A DNA stretch of 64,000 nucleotides. It comes from Haliotis cracherodii (lineage: Eukaryota). Made by a program: the position numbers and the translations under genes. Under the pieces are notes generated by a model. That model saw only the letters and a program-made list of their open reading frames with translations. It did not search any database and had not been told where the DNA came from. The stretch spans positions 9,796,001-9,860,000 of the forward strand of contig NW_027266266.1 in NCBI RefSeq assembly GCF_022045235.1, read 5' to 3'. This document shows, in pieces, positions 1 to 13,428 of this stretch (position 1 is its first letter; each line of letters begins with the position of its first letter).

Positions 1-289
1 GACCACCTTATTGGGGACCATGGGGACTTACAGTACTTCAGCTACATGTACCTGCATGAATCCCCAACAGGATTTAAGTCTTAACTCTAGTTACTGGTAG
101 TTGCAGACAATACTAGCCATACAGTAAGAAACAATCCAATTTTGAAATGTATTAAAATTCTAGTTCTCTGCAATGTACTTAGATACTATGAGGATTTATG
201 TGTCTCAATCAGGGGACAATATTTTACTGTACTTCAACCCCATGAAATGACACAACCTGAATAATATAAGTTATTAATTGCATCTAACT

Positions 290-1440
290 AATTAAAAACA
301 CTTTATTCAAAAGCTATTGATCAGTCCTATTTCTTTTAAAAAGTTTATAATTAAGTGAGAATTGACTAATAAAAAGATCCCTTAAATTCGAAACTTGATA
401 AAAAGTATCCCTTGTGAGAGAAAACTCTACACAGTCAAGTAAAATGTGCTTGACAGTGATTCTCTCATCACAAGGGATGCAAAAGCAAGGATCCTCGCCT
501 TTCAAGTACGGGATCAGAAGGTGGGTGACAGATGTATCCAGAGCTGCTTTAGCTGCAGCATCAGCTTTTGTGTTTCCGGTTATGCCGACATGGTATCCAA
601 CAAAAAAACGATGTCGTATTGGCCAGTGGAAAGATCATTATCCAACTCTAAAATGTCAAGAAAATGCGGGGGCACGTGTGGCCCAGTCGTCTAAGGCGCC
701 GCGGAAAGTCAAATGCCGATCAAAAATGAGTCAAAGGAACTTGGCCTCCTCTACAACTTTGATAGGATGGCCATCTAAAAATAGTTCGGGATCTTTATGA
801 TACATGTACTTGTACTTCCTGCAGAAATGAATAAAGTTGGTCTTGGCTTTTGAAAATTTAAAGCCATTTTCAAGTGAACATTTTTGAATTTTATTAGGAC
901 ATAACTGTACTTTCTATAGTACACATAATTATGTTTGCCACGACATGAAATATTGAAGTCATCCACAAAAAGTGACCCATCAAGTGAATCATTCAAAACT
1001 TTGGAAAGGCTATTAATCTTTATGCTAAATAAAGTAACAGATAGAATACTGCCTTGTGGGACACCCTGATCCTGATTATAATGATCAGATAGGGTATGAC
1101 CCACACGAACTTGAAACTGTCTGCCTGTTAAAAACTTGGATACAAACTGAGGCAAACGACCTCTCAATCCAAAATCGTGTAAATCTTTAAGAATACCATG
1201 CTTCCAAGTCGTATCGTGTGCTTTTTCAAGATAAAAAAAGATCGATACAGCATGCTGTTTGTTGACAATGGCATTTTGAACGTACGATTCTACACGTATC
1301 AAATGATCAATGGTACTTCTGTTATTACGGAAACCACATTGAATATTTGTGATAAGGTTGTTGGTTTCGTGGTACCATATTAAACGAGTATTTACAATCC
1401 GTTCCATAGTTTTACAAACACAGCTAGTTAATCCTTTTGG
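290..1440 (-). mobile_element. Decayed 3' part of a non-LTR retrotransposon (I/Nimb-like LINE): reverse transcriptase plus C-terminal CCHC knuckle
   Basis: ORF 775..1494 carries RT motifs (LTSCVCKTMERIVN, QCGFR, KAHDT, GVPQGSILS, LFVDD). ORF 314..505 has CxxC..ITVKHILLDC. Frameshifts and internal deletion; AATAAA near 303 on the - strand. Confidence 0.85.
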
Positions 1441-2240
1441 GGAAGCGTCTATATACTTATGTACAGGATCAATTTTGTTCCTTCTCTCAGACACCTAAAC
1501 ACAATCCCTACACTGAATATATTTATTGTAGGTAGTACATTTTCATATATCCATTTAATGTCCAGTATCCACCCCCATTCAAGGTACCTAAACCTATTAA
1601 AGACGGCGATATACGGTATCGTCGCCATGGTGACAGCATCTGATCAGGCCACCCAGATACATAAATATGTATGTACCTCCCGCATTGTTTTATTAAAACG
1701 GTCATTACACAGGCCCGTTCATGTGTTATTTCCAAAAAATGGTAATTGACATTAATCAGGAGTGTATGAACGTACAGCCACAATGAGCAAAGGAGATGGT
1801 TCAGCTGCAAACATGATTCTCTGTTAAAAAAATGAAAATGAACAAACAATTCATGAAATAAGATTTCTAAAACCCAAACTTATAGTTATTATGCTAATTT
1901 ATTATAAAAAACGACACAAGATGGTCCTGAAATGGCAATGCCTAGCATGTCCTGTCTGCTCCTAATATAGATAATTATTAATTTACTTATTGTACGGCAA
2001 CAGGTAATACATATGGTCCTGAAATAACAGCGACAAAAAGCATCATACATAATCATTCATTGTATTGTCGTGGTAAAAAGGTTCGCTCGTCACGCCGAGG
2101 CATGGGTTCGATTCCCCACATGTGCGAAGCTCATTTCTGGTGTCCCCTGCCGTGATATTGCTGTTAGTAACCTCCATGGTATTAGCAACTGACTGTGCCA
2201 CCAGTATCCTGATGGCCACGTTGCCTGAACGTTGCGGACG

Positions 2241-5200
2241 TTAATCAAGTGTAAATCGAACTTTCAAAGGACAATCTTTCATCTGTTCTGCATAGAATTG
2301 ATCAAACCATTCGTTCTGTGCCACAGTGAACCAGTTTTTCCAGTCACCCACTTCACCTGGAGAACAAGGAAAGAAATTTAATTAACGATATACCAGACAG
2401 TCTATTAGACAAATTTGAAAAAATAATTTATGTGTTACGGAAGACTTGGTATGAAGGAAATACAGAAATTAAGTAGAGCTGCGATAAAAGCGACAAAATC
2501 GTCTCCACAATCATTATAAATCTCTACTAAAAGCAGAGACGATTGTACGATTCGGACTGTATCAGGTGTTTATGAATCACTGTCAGATAGTGATGATTCC
2601 AGATGCTCGCAAAAAGGTGAGCGTATCTTGTCCCCCGTTAGCACCCGTCACAATACAGCATGCTGCCGGATAGCGACACCCGGTGTTAGTGAAAAAGGGG
2701 ATGGGGGTTGGGGTTGGGGTCGGGTAGCCTTGTGGTTAGAGCGTTCGCTCGTCACGTCACGGGTTCGATTCCCGACATGGGTACAACGTGTGAAGCCCTT
2801 TTCTTGTGTCCCCCGACTTCCCGACTTGATAATGCTGGAATATTGCTAAAAGCGGCGTTTAACCATTCTAACTCACTCACACTCACTCACTCACTCACTC
2901 ACTCACAGTAGGGATATGATTACTCTTTTGAAGTCATTCATTCATTCATGAGTGAGTGAGTGAGCGAGCGAGTGAGTTGTGTTTAACGCTACTTTGAACA
3001 GTATTCCAGTTAACTCACGGAGTGTCCGAATTGTTTACATGCACATGTTGCAGGCGTTTATCACTTTGGTGAAACCCACGGGCACAGGTGTGGTGCTGAC
3101 AAACCTAACAACACAACCCTTGCGATTCTGCTTATGCAATGCTTGAATACCAAACTTGCAGAGCGAGTTGCAGCGTCTATCGTACTCCCAGATGACAATG
3201 TGGAATCTGAACAATTGTTAAGTTAGGATTATTGATTTTACTGAATATTTAACCAAAAAATACTCTTCGAACAAGCATGAAATACCCATATCTCCCGCCA
3301 ATATGACATGTCCGGTTGTGTGCAAGGCAGGCAAGGAATATTGTATGCTTTCAAGATCTGCTCCGGAAACGAGCACTACTGCCGTTTTCAGTCTAAGTCA
3401 AAGTCGTTGCTAGTATAGAAACTAGAAAACCCTTTTTTTAAAAACAGTATGTGCCAAGTTGAGATATCATGTTGTTTTAGTTCTGCTTCGGAAACGAAAC
3501 GTGATGGACGGACGGAAAGACAGCACACATTCCTATATCCCCCTTCAACTTCGTGGTGGGGGATAAGAAATGTGATTTACGATGGACATAGAAGTCTATA
3601 AAACTGTAGCAAACACACAAATCGTTCACATTGTACCATGTATTTGTATCTTCAGAAATAACGTCACCACATTTGTTTCTTTATGTATTATTGATGTGAT
3701 GTTAACACACGTTACACCTATTCAGTATCAAACATACTTACCCTTGCGATAAGCAATCTTGCCAGTCAGCTTTGCAGTAGCCTTGATCTTCTTCATTGAG
3801 CTAAACTCACACTGTTCACACACTTGTCTGATGAAGTCATCGCTTCTCTTTACGCCCAGGAAGTCACACAACTTCTTCGCCTCCCTGAAAGTGTCCTGTG
3901 AGCACAGTAAATATAAAATATACAACGTCAACGCCAGAGGATAAGGAGAAGAAAAGGCACATGTTCAATGAGAGGAAGTTTCATTGGAAGTATTGACTAC
4001 ATTTCAGGCACTTTTCCGGCGACCTATTCCTCCCTATCTAATTACCTAGGAATAATTATGTTTACTATGTTGTATTATGTTGTACTATGTTGTATTATGT
4101 TGTACTATGTTGTATTATGTTGTACTATACAGATCATCTGTGACTATTTTGAAAATAGAATATTCATCATAAAGTCAATTATTGTGTCTATTCTAATGCT
4201 GTATTCAGCGAGTCGTTGTACACTCCGTCATTTTGTCATTAAAGTAACGTTGTCGTTAGGGAACGACCATTTGATATTGTGTGGAGGACATGTTGTTTCA
4301 GTTAGTCAAGTGAGACATGTTTCACATGAAGTGGCTTGATATTTGACAAAACAGATTCCACTATGGCGCAACAACCAACGCCATAAAGCATAGAGACAGT
4401 CAGTAGTTATTAAGACGCTTTCAGCATCATCACGGCGGGGTACATCACGAATTGAGCCACTAGGCATCCCCACCACCCCTCATAAGGAATTGAACAAACC
4501 ACAGACTGGAGCCATTTTTCAAGGTCATGCTAACATGCACTGCATCATGATGACGTCATTGAAGAATTGGAACCAATGTAAAGCCCCGATTTAGATTTAG
4601 TTCCCATGGAAGCATGATTATTGGCGAACGTACGCATGTGTATCTCTGATGAATAACATCTACTGAATGAATACTACGGCCAATTTGTTTTACATGTAAG
4701 ACTCCTCCAATGAAGTGGACACGGGTAGGCCAGTCGTGCAAGGCGCCGTAAATCGCCGTGCACAGTTGCGTCCCATATGCGTACCAGAAAATAATTATCG
4801 TGGCTTCGAATCCCAGATTATGTTTCTAGGTTTGTCAGCACAATATAGATACCCGTGCTCGTTGGTTTCATCAAAGTGGTAACGTCTATGACCCGCATCA
4901 CATCAGGCCTCAAATCGCCGTGCAGCGTTGCGTCCCATAGGCGTGCCAGAAAACAATGATCATGGGTTCGAATCCCAGATTATGTTTCTAGGTGGTAAAC
5001 CTCTATGACCCGCATCACATCAGGCTTTCCTCTAACATCAAGTCCTTCAAGTGATGTGATTGAAAGGCCATTGAACCAAATAAATGAAAGGTTGGTTATG
5101 TCTTATGTCCTCGCCCTATGTTACATGGGCCTAACCTCTTTAAGGTCTTCATAGTGGAGTGTCAGGATCGGAATATCGGTAGTGTTCTTCACGTCTTCCC

Positions 5201-6954
5201 AGGACTTCAAATGGTCGAACCAGGAACCATATTCAACTGAAATATACAGACATACTGAAACACGTATCGCAGTAAGATTCATATAAAAACAACATCTATC
5301 AAACAATGTATGACCCGTGAAGTTCTGGGGTAAAACAGGTCTTCAGCAACCCATGCTTGCCATAAAAGGTGACTATGCTTGTCGTAAGAGGCGACTAACG
5401 GGATTGGATGGTCAGCCCCGATGACTTGGTTGATGCATGTCATCGATCCTAATTGTGTGAATCGTTTTCCAGTTTGGAAAGAACAGGGATTGAGAGTTCA
5501 TTAAAAAATTTGGCTTCCTATCCAACACTATTTCTAAGATATATTAATAGTATAAACGTATGCAGATTGTTTTGATTAAATAAAAATATGACTTCAATTG
5601 GAAAGGTCTTATTTATTTGGAAATAATAGTATTCCAGTTTCCAACATGTTCGGATGTTTTAGAATCCAACTTTTAGTGCGGACACATCATTTTCACATAC
5701 AAATCACTAGCAGTGACATCAGGACAACACACAGACGTGTGTGAGGTTTTTTATCATCAGCATTGTCTAACTGCGTGATAAAAATGAGGGAGTGACACAT
5801 TCTTACGCTGCCATCTTTCAGCCAAATGCGCGACATGTTTCTGAGAAATCGGTAACATGGATAATATGACATATGGAGGCGTCTGTCACACGTTATGCAA
5901 CAGGTGTGCTAAGCAATGGCTTAGGAAATGGAAATACTAGCAGCAATAAACCTGCAACCATTTCCAAAGCTTTTACAAAACTTATGAGAGTTGTTTTCAA
6001 ATGAATACAATCCTATCGCCTTTCAGTGGACATGTGTTGATTCAGACAAAAAGACACTTCCAGAGAAGCCAAACTTTACAAAATACAAACTTAAGAAATA
6101 CAATGCAAAGAAATACGAATTTTGAAATATGGAAATGAGGTCACTCGCGAAAGTTTTCGCTCTATGTTCCTTTCAAAAAGGCAAAGATTGCTTTTTCGTC
6201 TAGTGTGGTTCGTTCTGCATGCATCATCACCTGTGTCCGAAATACTGAGCAATAGTGTGTGCTTACATCTCCCCTCTGTCGCAGGACGAAGATAATTCTC
6301 CCACTTGCCACTATAATCACTGAAGCCGATCTGTTTCATAAACACGAAATAGGATACTATAGCGTCTTTGGGATTACGAATGACGTGCACAATTTTAGGT
6401 TTCTTGACCTTGACCTCATCAGGTAGATGTTGGAACGGTGCGTGGGAGTTGAGAAGTCGGGGAGATGGGAGGTCCTTGTACACCTCCTCGTCAGATAGTT
6501 CCAGCATGGTCGAGGTCTTGTCGATGTCACTTGTGTCCAGCTTGCCCGCCTGGAGTAGTCGTGAAATCTCCCATACCCAGTGTGTGCCTGGATTAAAAGG
6601 GTGGAGAGGTACAGTAAATCAGTTATGTTTAACGCCTATTGGAACAGTGTTTTAGTTTTTAATGGCGTTTCAACTTATTGTTCGGAGACCAGATTAACAG
6701 CATACAGTTTAGGCTCGTACCAGTCCCAGCCCTTCAGAAATGAAGAGTTTTAGTTTTTAATGGCGTTTCAAAAGTGGAGAGCAGTTTAACGTCATACAAC
6801 AGTGGAGTGGACGTCTTCCACCTCAGTTGGTGTTGTTCATACATTTTTTTAACATCCAAACTTTTTTTATCACAGTGAGTTTTTATGTGGTATTTATAGG
6901 ATTACATAGGAAATTGGGTACCAGGCTCGTAGCAGTCACACACACACACACACA

Positions 6955-7010
<56 letters not shown>

Positions 7011-8124
7011 CACTAACACTAAGGCGCACACACTAACACACTCACATACACACACCCACTCACACACATTCGTTCACATACCCACATACACATACACTCA
7101 CATACACACATGCACTCACATACATACTCACACACACCCTCACACACATACACTCACATACAAATACACATGCACACACACTCACATACCCATACACACT
7201 CTCATACACTCACTGACACACACAACCTCACACGTACACCCTTTCACGTTCGATGATGTCCCAAACGATGGGGCAGGACATGGTCAACTGTTTCGTGAAC
7301 ACCTGGTGTCACCAGAGAATTCTGCGTGTGGTACTCGGAGACTGTACAATATGGTCAACTGTTTCATGAACATCTGGTGTCACCAGAGAATCCTGCGTGT
7401 GGTACTCAGAGACTGTACAATATGGTCAACTGTTTCGTGATTGTCTGGTGTCACCAGAGAATCCTGTGTGTGGTACTCGGAGACTGTACAATATGGTCAA
7501 CCGTTTCTTGAACACCTGGTGTCACCAGAGTATGGTACTTGGAGACTGTACAATGACATCACATAGTTTTTATCCGATTGGTAAATAGTTGTAGGTTTAA
7601 AGAAACTTGACGACGTCGCTTTAATCCCATATTGGTTGTTGTTTTATCTTTGGACTGTTGCAGACATACCAATATCGTTGAAGTTACACAAGTTTTTTTG
7701 TCAAATAAATTATCTCAAAGAAACATAAACTTATTTGCAAAAATAAAACGTCAATGCCAGAGAATAACCAGTCTCGGCTATCTAACGAACCAAGTGAGCC
7801 TAAAATGTCAAAAGGTGGTGAAAATTATATGAATGGATTCCTGAAAATCGCTGATGACACCAGGTGTTCGCAAAAAGGGGATGCATGCCCCGCTCTACCG
7901 GTAGCACCACCACTCACACAATTTACATAATAAAGAAAGCGTTTGTTTCAGTAATTCATACCTGATCTAAAATATGTACTCAAGATGACGTCATCCGACC
8001 TGATTTTCACGGAAGCCATATTCTCGATGGCTCGATTGTTAGGAAAGTTTGGGAAACGACAGCCGTTGTGAGAGATGACCAACAGCTCGTCCCCGCCGTC
8101 GTCTTTCAAGCTTATTGTCGTCAT
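2241..8124 (-). CDS. Cytosolic sulfotransferase paralogue A (SULT1-like), 284 aa, 5 coding exons
   Basis: Exons 8124-7962, 6587-6267, 5236-5136, 3895-3742, 2356-2241; all GT-AG with continuous phase, 855 nt. Motifs: 5'-PSB TYFRSGTHW, catalytic His (RLLNSH), [30 protein letters not shown], dimer motif [10 protein letters not shown]. Confidence 0.9.
6937..7240. repeat. (CA)n/(CACG)n compound microsatellite
   Basis: Directly visible in SULT-A intron 1. Confidence 0.95.
7276..7555. repeat. 71-bp tandem repeat, about 4 units
   Basis: Unit atggtcaactgtttcgtgaacacctggtgtcaccagagaatcctgcgtgtggtactcggagactgtacaat; period 71 (e.g. 7351 to 7422). Confidence 0.9.
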
Positions 8125-8274
8125 GGTGATGCTATTCTTATGCCAGTTGTACGGCCTAATCCTGAAATACCATAAACATACAGTGCATATGTAGTTGGAC
8201 AGCACGGAACAAAAACCTAAATAACATACAAGGGATTTTTTTATGTTTAATTTGGGTACTTGGGACTTCAAAAT

Positions 8275-8714
8275 GAGTTCGTGACAACAGGGAATTCGAC
8301 ACATCCAGATTGACATATCTGAGTATAAATGATGATAAATATGGAAGGAATTAGCAGGGACCGGAAGGCGAGTTCGTGACAACAGGGAATTCGACACATC
8401 CAGATTGACATATCTGAGTATAAATGATGATAAATATGGAAGGAATTAGCAGGGACCGGAAGGCGAGTTCGTGACAACAGGGAATTCGACACATCCAGCT
8501 TGACATATCTGAGTATAAATGATGATAAATATGGAAGGAATTAGCAAAGACCGGAAGGCGAGTTCGTGACAACAGGGAATTCGACACATCCAGCTTGACA
8601 TATCTGAGTATAAATGATGATAAATATGGAAGGAATTAGCAGGGACCGGAAGGCGAGTTCGAGACTACCGGGAATTCGACACATCCGAGTTCGACAAAAC
8701 GAGGTTTTACTGTA
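8275..8714. repeat. 95-bp tandem repeat (about 4 units) formed inside a pogo/Tigger-like MITE end
   Basis: Near-identical 95-bp units (repeating ORFs 8397/8492/8587); the array ends in ...cgaggttttactgta, a CAGT-type TIR with TA. Confidence 0.8.
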
Positions 8715-8893
8715 ATCGAATGGGAACCCAAAACCTCTCATTTTGGAAAATATAACAGGAAAACGTGAGCAATAGTCAGTGAGCGAGTGATTCGGGTTTA
8801 ACGCTGCTTTTAACAGGATTATAGTTATATCACGGCGTGTCAGCTTAATGTGGAAGTGATGCAGATCTCAGACGTTTACCACTTCGGTGAAAC

Positions 8894-10812
8894 TAAGACA
8901 GCCTTGTTGGGGTGATACACATAACTGTCAGGCCTCGGTTTGGGGAATTAGCTATCGGGAGCTAGCCTTGAAACAAGAGAGAAGAGAGCTGTGAGGTCCT
9001 TAGGGTTTATTCAAGCAAGTGTGTCATATCATTCAAGTTACATCAATTAATATATAATAGTGACGTACAATGATAATAATATGCTAACGCAGTGTCCATC
9101 TAATAAAGGCATAATAATAAAGGCAATGTATTTAATATTGGAGTATGTACGGTAACATTATCCAACAGATGCAATATTTACTAGAATAATAACGGTAATG
9201 ACAAATAACATTTCTTAACAGCTAAATTGAGTAGTCGTAACATTTTAATAGAGCATGTACGGTAGGTAGACTGCGCAAACTGCTTAGATGAGGAACATGA
9301 CATTTACTTTTGAAAAGACGGTAAACATTAATATTTGTAGTTTCAGTAATAATTATCACAACATAATACTTTCGGCAAATACGGAAAGTAAATACTTGAT
9401 CCAAATAAAGATACGAATGTACGCGGTAGAAGATATAGCTCGGTTTTAGTTAGTGTAATTATTAGTTTTAGTAGTGATTACTTTGGTGACTACGGTAATG
9501 AATCACGGCGGCTGTGTCGCTATTGATCACGCGCATTTTCTATATATATGGAGTGAATACGGTAATTGTATGCTTAAACGATGCGCGTTTGTATGTACGT
9601 TGTTATGAAGTATAAAGGATGACTATAACAGTATTTAAATGACTACGGTAATGAAATTGTGGCATAGGCTGTGTTGTAGCGTATGCAACTATATGAGGGA
9701 CGGGAGTCGTTACAATATATTCAAGTACTTCCTTAATGAGGATAAAACCTAAGAAATATGGAATACGTTGTTATAGCACTATTCTGTAAGCGCACACGGA
9801 AGATAAAGCTGCTCATATAACCTTTGATCGGTGGACTGTCGGAAAATATGGACTAACCGACCTACGTACAGAATAAATCTTGCTTGAAACAGTTGTGTTA
9901 ACTCTAGGAACCGTTTTGTGACTAAGCTACATGTACGCTATGCTACTGCACGGAAATATAAACTGTATATGCATCTGGCATTATAAACAGATGATGTTGG
10001 ACATAGAAGGGGAATATAATCATGGATGTCGAAATATAGGAGAGAACTATTGGTGCCGCATATTAATGATACATAAACTGGAGGAGCCCACGACGCATTA
10101 CACTTCAAACAACACTGGAAAGTGCCTGAGTATTAAACGGTAAATAATATATAATGAGCAGTCAATTAGAACTTGTACAAAGTAGGTTGAGCGTTAAAAT
10201 ATGGCAGTACTGATTCAACTAAACTATAACATTTTCTAGACAATAATAACGATGAAATAAGAAGTGTAGTCATAAAATAGGAATATTTAAATGTTTCTTA
10301 CCTTGAAACAAGAGAGAAGAGAGCTGTAAGGTCCTTAGGGTTTATTCAAGAAAGTGTGCTAAGGACCAACACCCAAGGAGTTATAGACCCCCACAGCTCT
10401 ACTCGTATCACACTAACAATTACTTGGAAGTTATAATTTCGGTCTCTGTTATCTGCACTAGGCTGTCAAAGTTGACTACGCAAAAGCAGGTGGTAATAGA
10501 ATAGTATCAGTATTGCCTAATAAGAATTTATTTTAATTACAGTTTTAGATGATGGTCAAAACCTGCGCCAGCTGGTAACAAAACATTTATCAAGAGAACA
10601 ACGGCGGGGCGGACGTACGCGCCGACTTTATCTATGATTACGTAATTTACTGTTCGCGTGAATGAGCTTGCCAAGGAGCAGCCGTCATGGTCGACCAGTG
10701 GCGATAAAAACGAGAAATACTGGTCTACCGACTTTCGAATTTTAGAATTTCCTAGATTAAGTTTTATTTGTTAAAAATATAAAAAATGTAATTAAATATA
10801 TGCACTGTAACA
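8894..10812 (-). mobile_element. Solo-LTR-like insertion (~1.9 kb) with 4-bp TSD, inserted into a SINE
   Basis: Ends TAAGACA...TGTAACA; AAAC duplicated at 8890-8893 and 10813-10816. Removing it restores the family-C SINE sequence ccacttcggtgaaacc-acgagc. Internal ~58-bp direct repeat (8966-9023, 10301-10358) containing AATAAA on the - strand. Confidence 0.7.
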
Positions 10813-11739
10813 AAACCAACGAGCATGGGTATGGTGCTGACAAACCTTGAAACATAATCGGGGCGAACCGGTATGAAAAATACACATTCAAGTAATGATA
10901 TATTTCCCACCACTTTGATGCCAAACCGTGTATATGGTTATGTCTACATATACATGTACAGCCCGTTTGGCTCCAAATGAGAAGGGTGCAAAATAACTCA
11001 AAATCGGGAATAGTCTATTAAATGTGAATACGGTACACGGCGACGAATACGCGTACCTAACAATATCTGCTGTTTGTTATTTGTATTCCCAATCACTGGA
11101 AAACGTTGTTTAAAAAAAACTATCACATCGTTATGTGTACAAGTTGACATCTTGAACGGAGGGGGTCAACAGTAGGAGGAACAGCGCTTCTTGGGTGTAT
11201 GTATGTCAAGATATCGTGTCTCTAAGTTACATGCCTCTGATAGCATTACAAGAAGACCTTGCAGTAAGAAGTCCCATACAGGCAGGTCAAAGACCAGGGT
11301 CGGCAAACACTATTGCTGTATTGTGTTGTTTGTGTTGACGAATGTATAAGTGAGAGCCATTTAAACAGCCCCAACATTCCCGGTGCTTGTGTGTGTGGAG
11401 GGGTCGGGGTGGGCGGGGTGGGGTTGGGGGTTGGGGGTGGGGGGTAGTGGGGTGGGATAGTAGTTAGTTTTGGTTGTTGTAAATGTGGGAACATTGCTGC
11501 AAAACGTACTCTCAGTATTGTGTATTAATTGTTCGCCTCGCCCTGCCAGAGAAACTAGATGGTACATTGAAGCAGATACTATCAATAAGGATAAAACTAG
11601 GCGGGTAGAGGTTTGGTTGTGGAAAGGTTATATTGCTCCAGAACGTACTTGACCAGAATATTGTCTATTAATTGGCCGTTTCTCCCTTCCCGAGAAAACA
11701 ATGACTATATTGTGTTTCATATCATGTTTATCGTTATCC

Positions 11740-12128
11740 ACATGCTTTATGCACAGGGTCACAGCAATACCAGCATTATCCACATGGTCACAGCAATAAC
11801 AGCATTATCCACATGGTCATAGCAATAACAACATTATCCGCATGGTCACAGCAATAACAGCATTATGCACAGGGTCACAGCAATAACATCATTATCCGCA
11901 TGGTCACAGCAATAACAGCATTATCCACATGGTCACAGCAATAACAGCATTATGCACAGGGTCACAGCAATAACAGCTTAATGCACATGGCCACAGCAAT
12001 AACAGCATTATCCACATGGTCACAGCAATAACAGCATTATCCGCATGGTCACAGCAATAACAGCTTAATGCACATGGTCACAGCAATAGCAGCTTTATGC
12101 ACATGGTCACAGCAATAATAGCATTATT
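11740..12128. repeat. 29-bp minisatellite (about 13 units)
   Basis: Unit agcattatccacatggtcacagcaataac; only ~2 units in the inverted copy at 54905-54968. Confidence 0.95.
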
Positions 12129-12209
12129 CCTGCACATCAGTGGAAAGATACATACACGAATAGTTTAACAGAATTCAGTCACACTCACAGCTAAATCATG
12201 TCCACTCAC

Positions 12210-12312
12210 CGACATATCACCACGCTTGCTTTGTAATGTTGCCCTATGTCCTCACAACGGCGGTAAAGGTCAAACGAGGCAAGTCAAGTCAAGTCATGTT
12301 TTTTCTTATAAA
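12210..12312 (-). promoter_or_regulatory. Putative TATA promoter and short non-coding first exon of SULT-A
   Basis: On -: TTTATAAG at 12312-12305 and a strong donor CG|GTGAGT after 12210. The SULT-A coding exon 1 has an acceptor (tttcag) just upstream of 8161, which requires an upstream exon. Both elements are conserved in the inverted copy (54730-54833). Confidence 0.5.
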
Positions 12313-12358
12313 TCGCAACATGTGATACAGAGGACACACGTACATAGTGAGACTGCAA

Positions 12359-12360
<2 letters not shown>

Positions 12361-12419
<59 letters not shown>

Positions 12420-12447
12420 TATAATAATAATAATGATAATAATAATT
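12361..12447. repeat. (TAA)n microsatellite
   Basis: Directly visible. Confidence 0.98.
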
Positions 12448-12448
12448 T

Positions 12449-12760
12449 TGCATCAAAATGTAAATATGAAATGTAGATTATATTATGAAATTAATGAGAC
12501 TGTCCAACACATTGTCAGTGGATGCCCAGCTTTGGCACAAACACAGTATCTTAAACGATATGATGGTGTAGCTCGATCATTTTATTACCGTCTTCGCCAT
12601 GCTTGTGGTTTTGACACTGAGGTCCACCCCCCATATGGTACGACCCGGAATACGTAGAGGGCGTCATGGAAAATGATAAATACAAAATTCTTTGGAATAG
12701 GCCCATTTACAGCCTCAGACGTATCCAGGCCAACAAACCTGATCTTGTCCTTTTTTTATA
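12449..12760 (+). mobile_element. Fragment of an RLE-type non-LTR retrotransposon (R4/Dong-like)
   Basis: Translates CRLxxxxxETVQHIVSGCPALAQTQYLKRYDGVA...ENDKYKILWNRPI...ANKPDLVL: zinc knuckle, RH(D) helix and PD catalytic motif of restriction-like endonuclease LINEs. One frameshift. Confidence 0.8.
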
Positions 12761-13275
12761 AATCAAAGCCGCTTTTAACAGTATTCCAGTTATATCGCGG
12801 TGTGTCAGCTTAATGTGGGAGGAAAACCTGAAGTGATGCAGGTCTCAGACGTTTACCACTTCGGTGAAACCCACGAGCACGGCCTTATGGGATGCCAACA
12901 TCACTAACAAAGTAAGGGTGCACGGGTGGTGGCGGCACTTGTGGCCCATTCGTCTGAGGCGTCGCCATTCGCTGTGCAGAGTTGCGTCCCTTTGGTACGC
13001 CAGAAACCTATGGTTGTGGGTTCGAATACCGGTTCGCCCCGATTATGTTTCTAGGTTTGTAAGCTCCATACCCGTGCTCGTGGGTTTCACCGAAGTGGTA
13101 AACGTCTGAGACCTGCATCACTTCGGGTTTTCCTCCCACATTAATCTGACAAGCCGTGATATAACTGGAATGCTGTTAAAAGCGGCGTTAAACCCACCCA
13201 CTCACTCACTCAACAGGACGTCGTTTTATTCTCTTTCTATACCACAGCATCATCATTAGTATGTCATAAGAAAAC

Positions 13276-13428
13276 AGTCAAATGTCGTTGTGTCGAACTT
13301 ACGGTTATCTCGAAGTAAAAACTTGGTCCTTGCGTATTCCTCCTTTATTCAGCAATTTCGGTTGTGTCGTAACTCGAATCACTCGAATTATTTACGAAGG
13401 TCAACTTCGACACAACGATGTTTGACCG
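13276..13428. mobile_element. CAGT-ended MITE (Tc1/pogo-type)
   Basis: TIR cagtcaaatgtcgttgtgtcgaa ... ttcgacacaacgatgtttgaccg. Similar CAGT/TA MITEs at ~35255-35445, ~38095-38228 and ~59619-59817. Confidence 0.6.

Noticed and set aside
8275-8700. CRISPR-like array (also 7276-7555, 11740-12128, 16120-16497)
   Set aside because: Units are contiguous with no unique spacers, there are no cas genes, and the context is eukaryotic: these are minisatellites.
12226-12657. Poly-Ile membrane protein ORF
   Set aside because: Translation of the (TAA)n tract fused to a LINE fragment.
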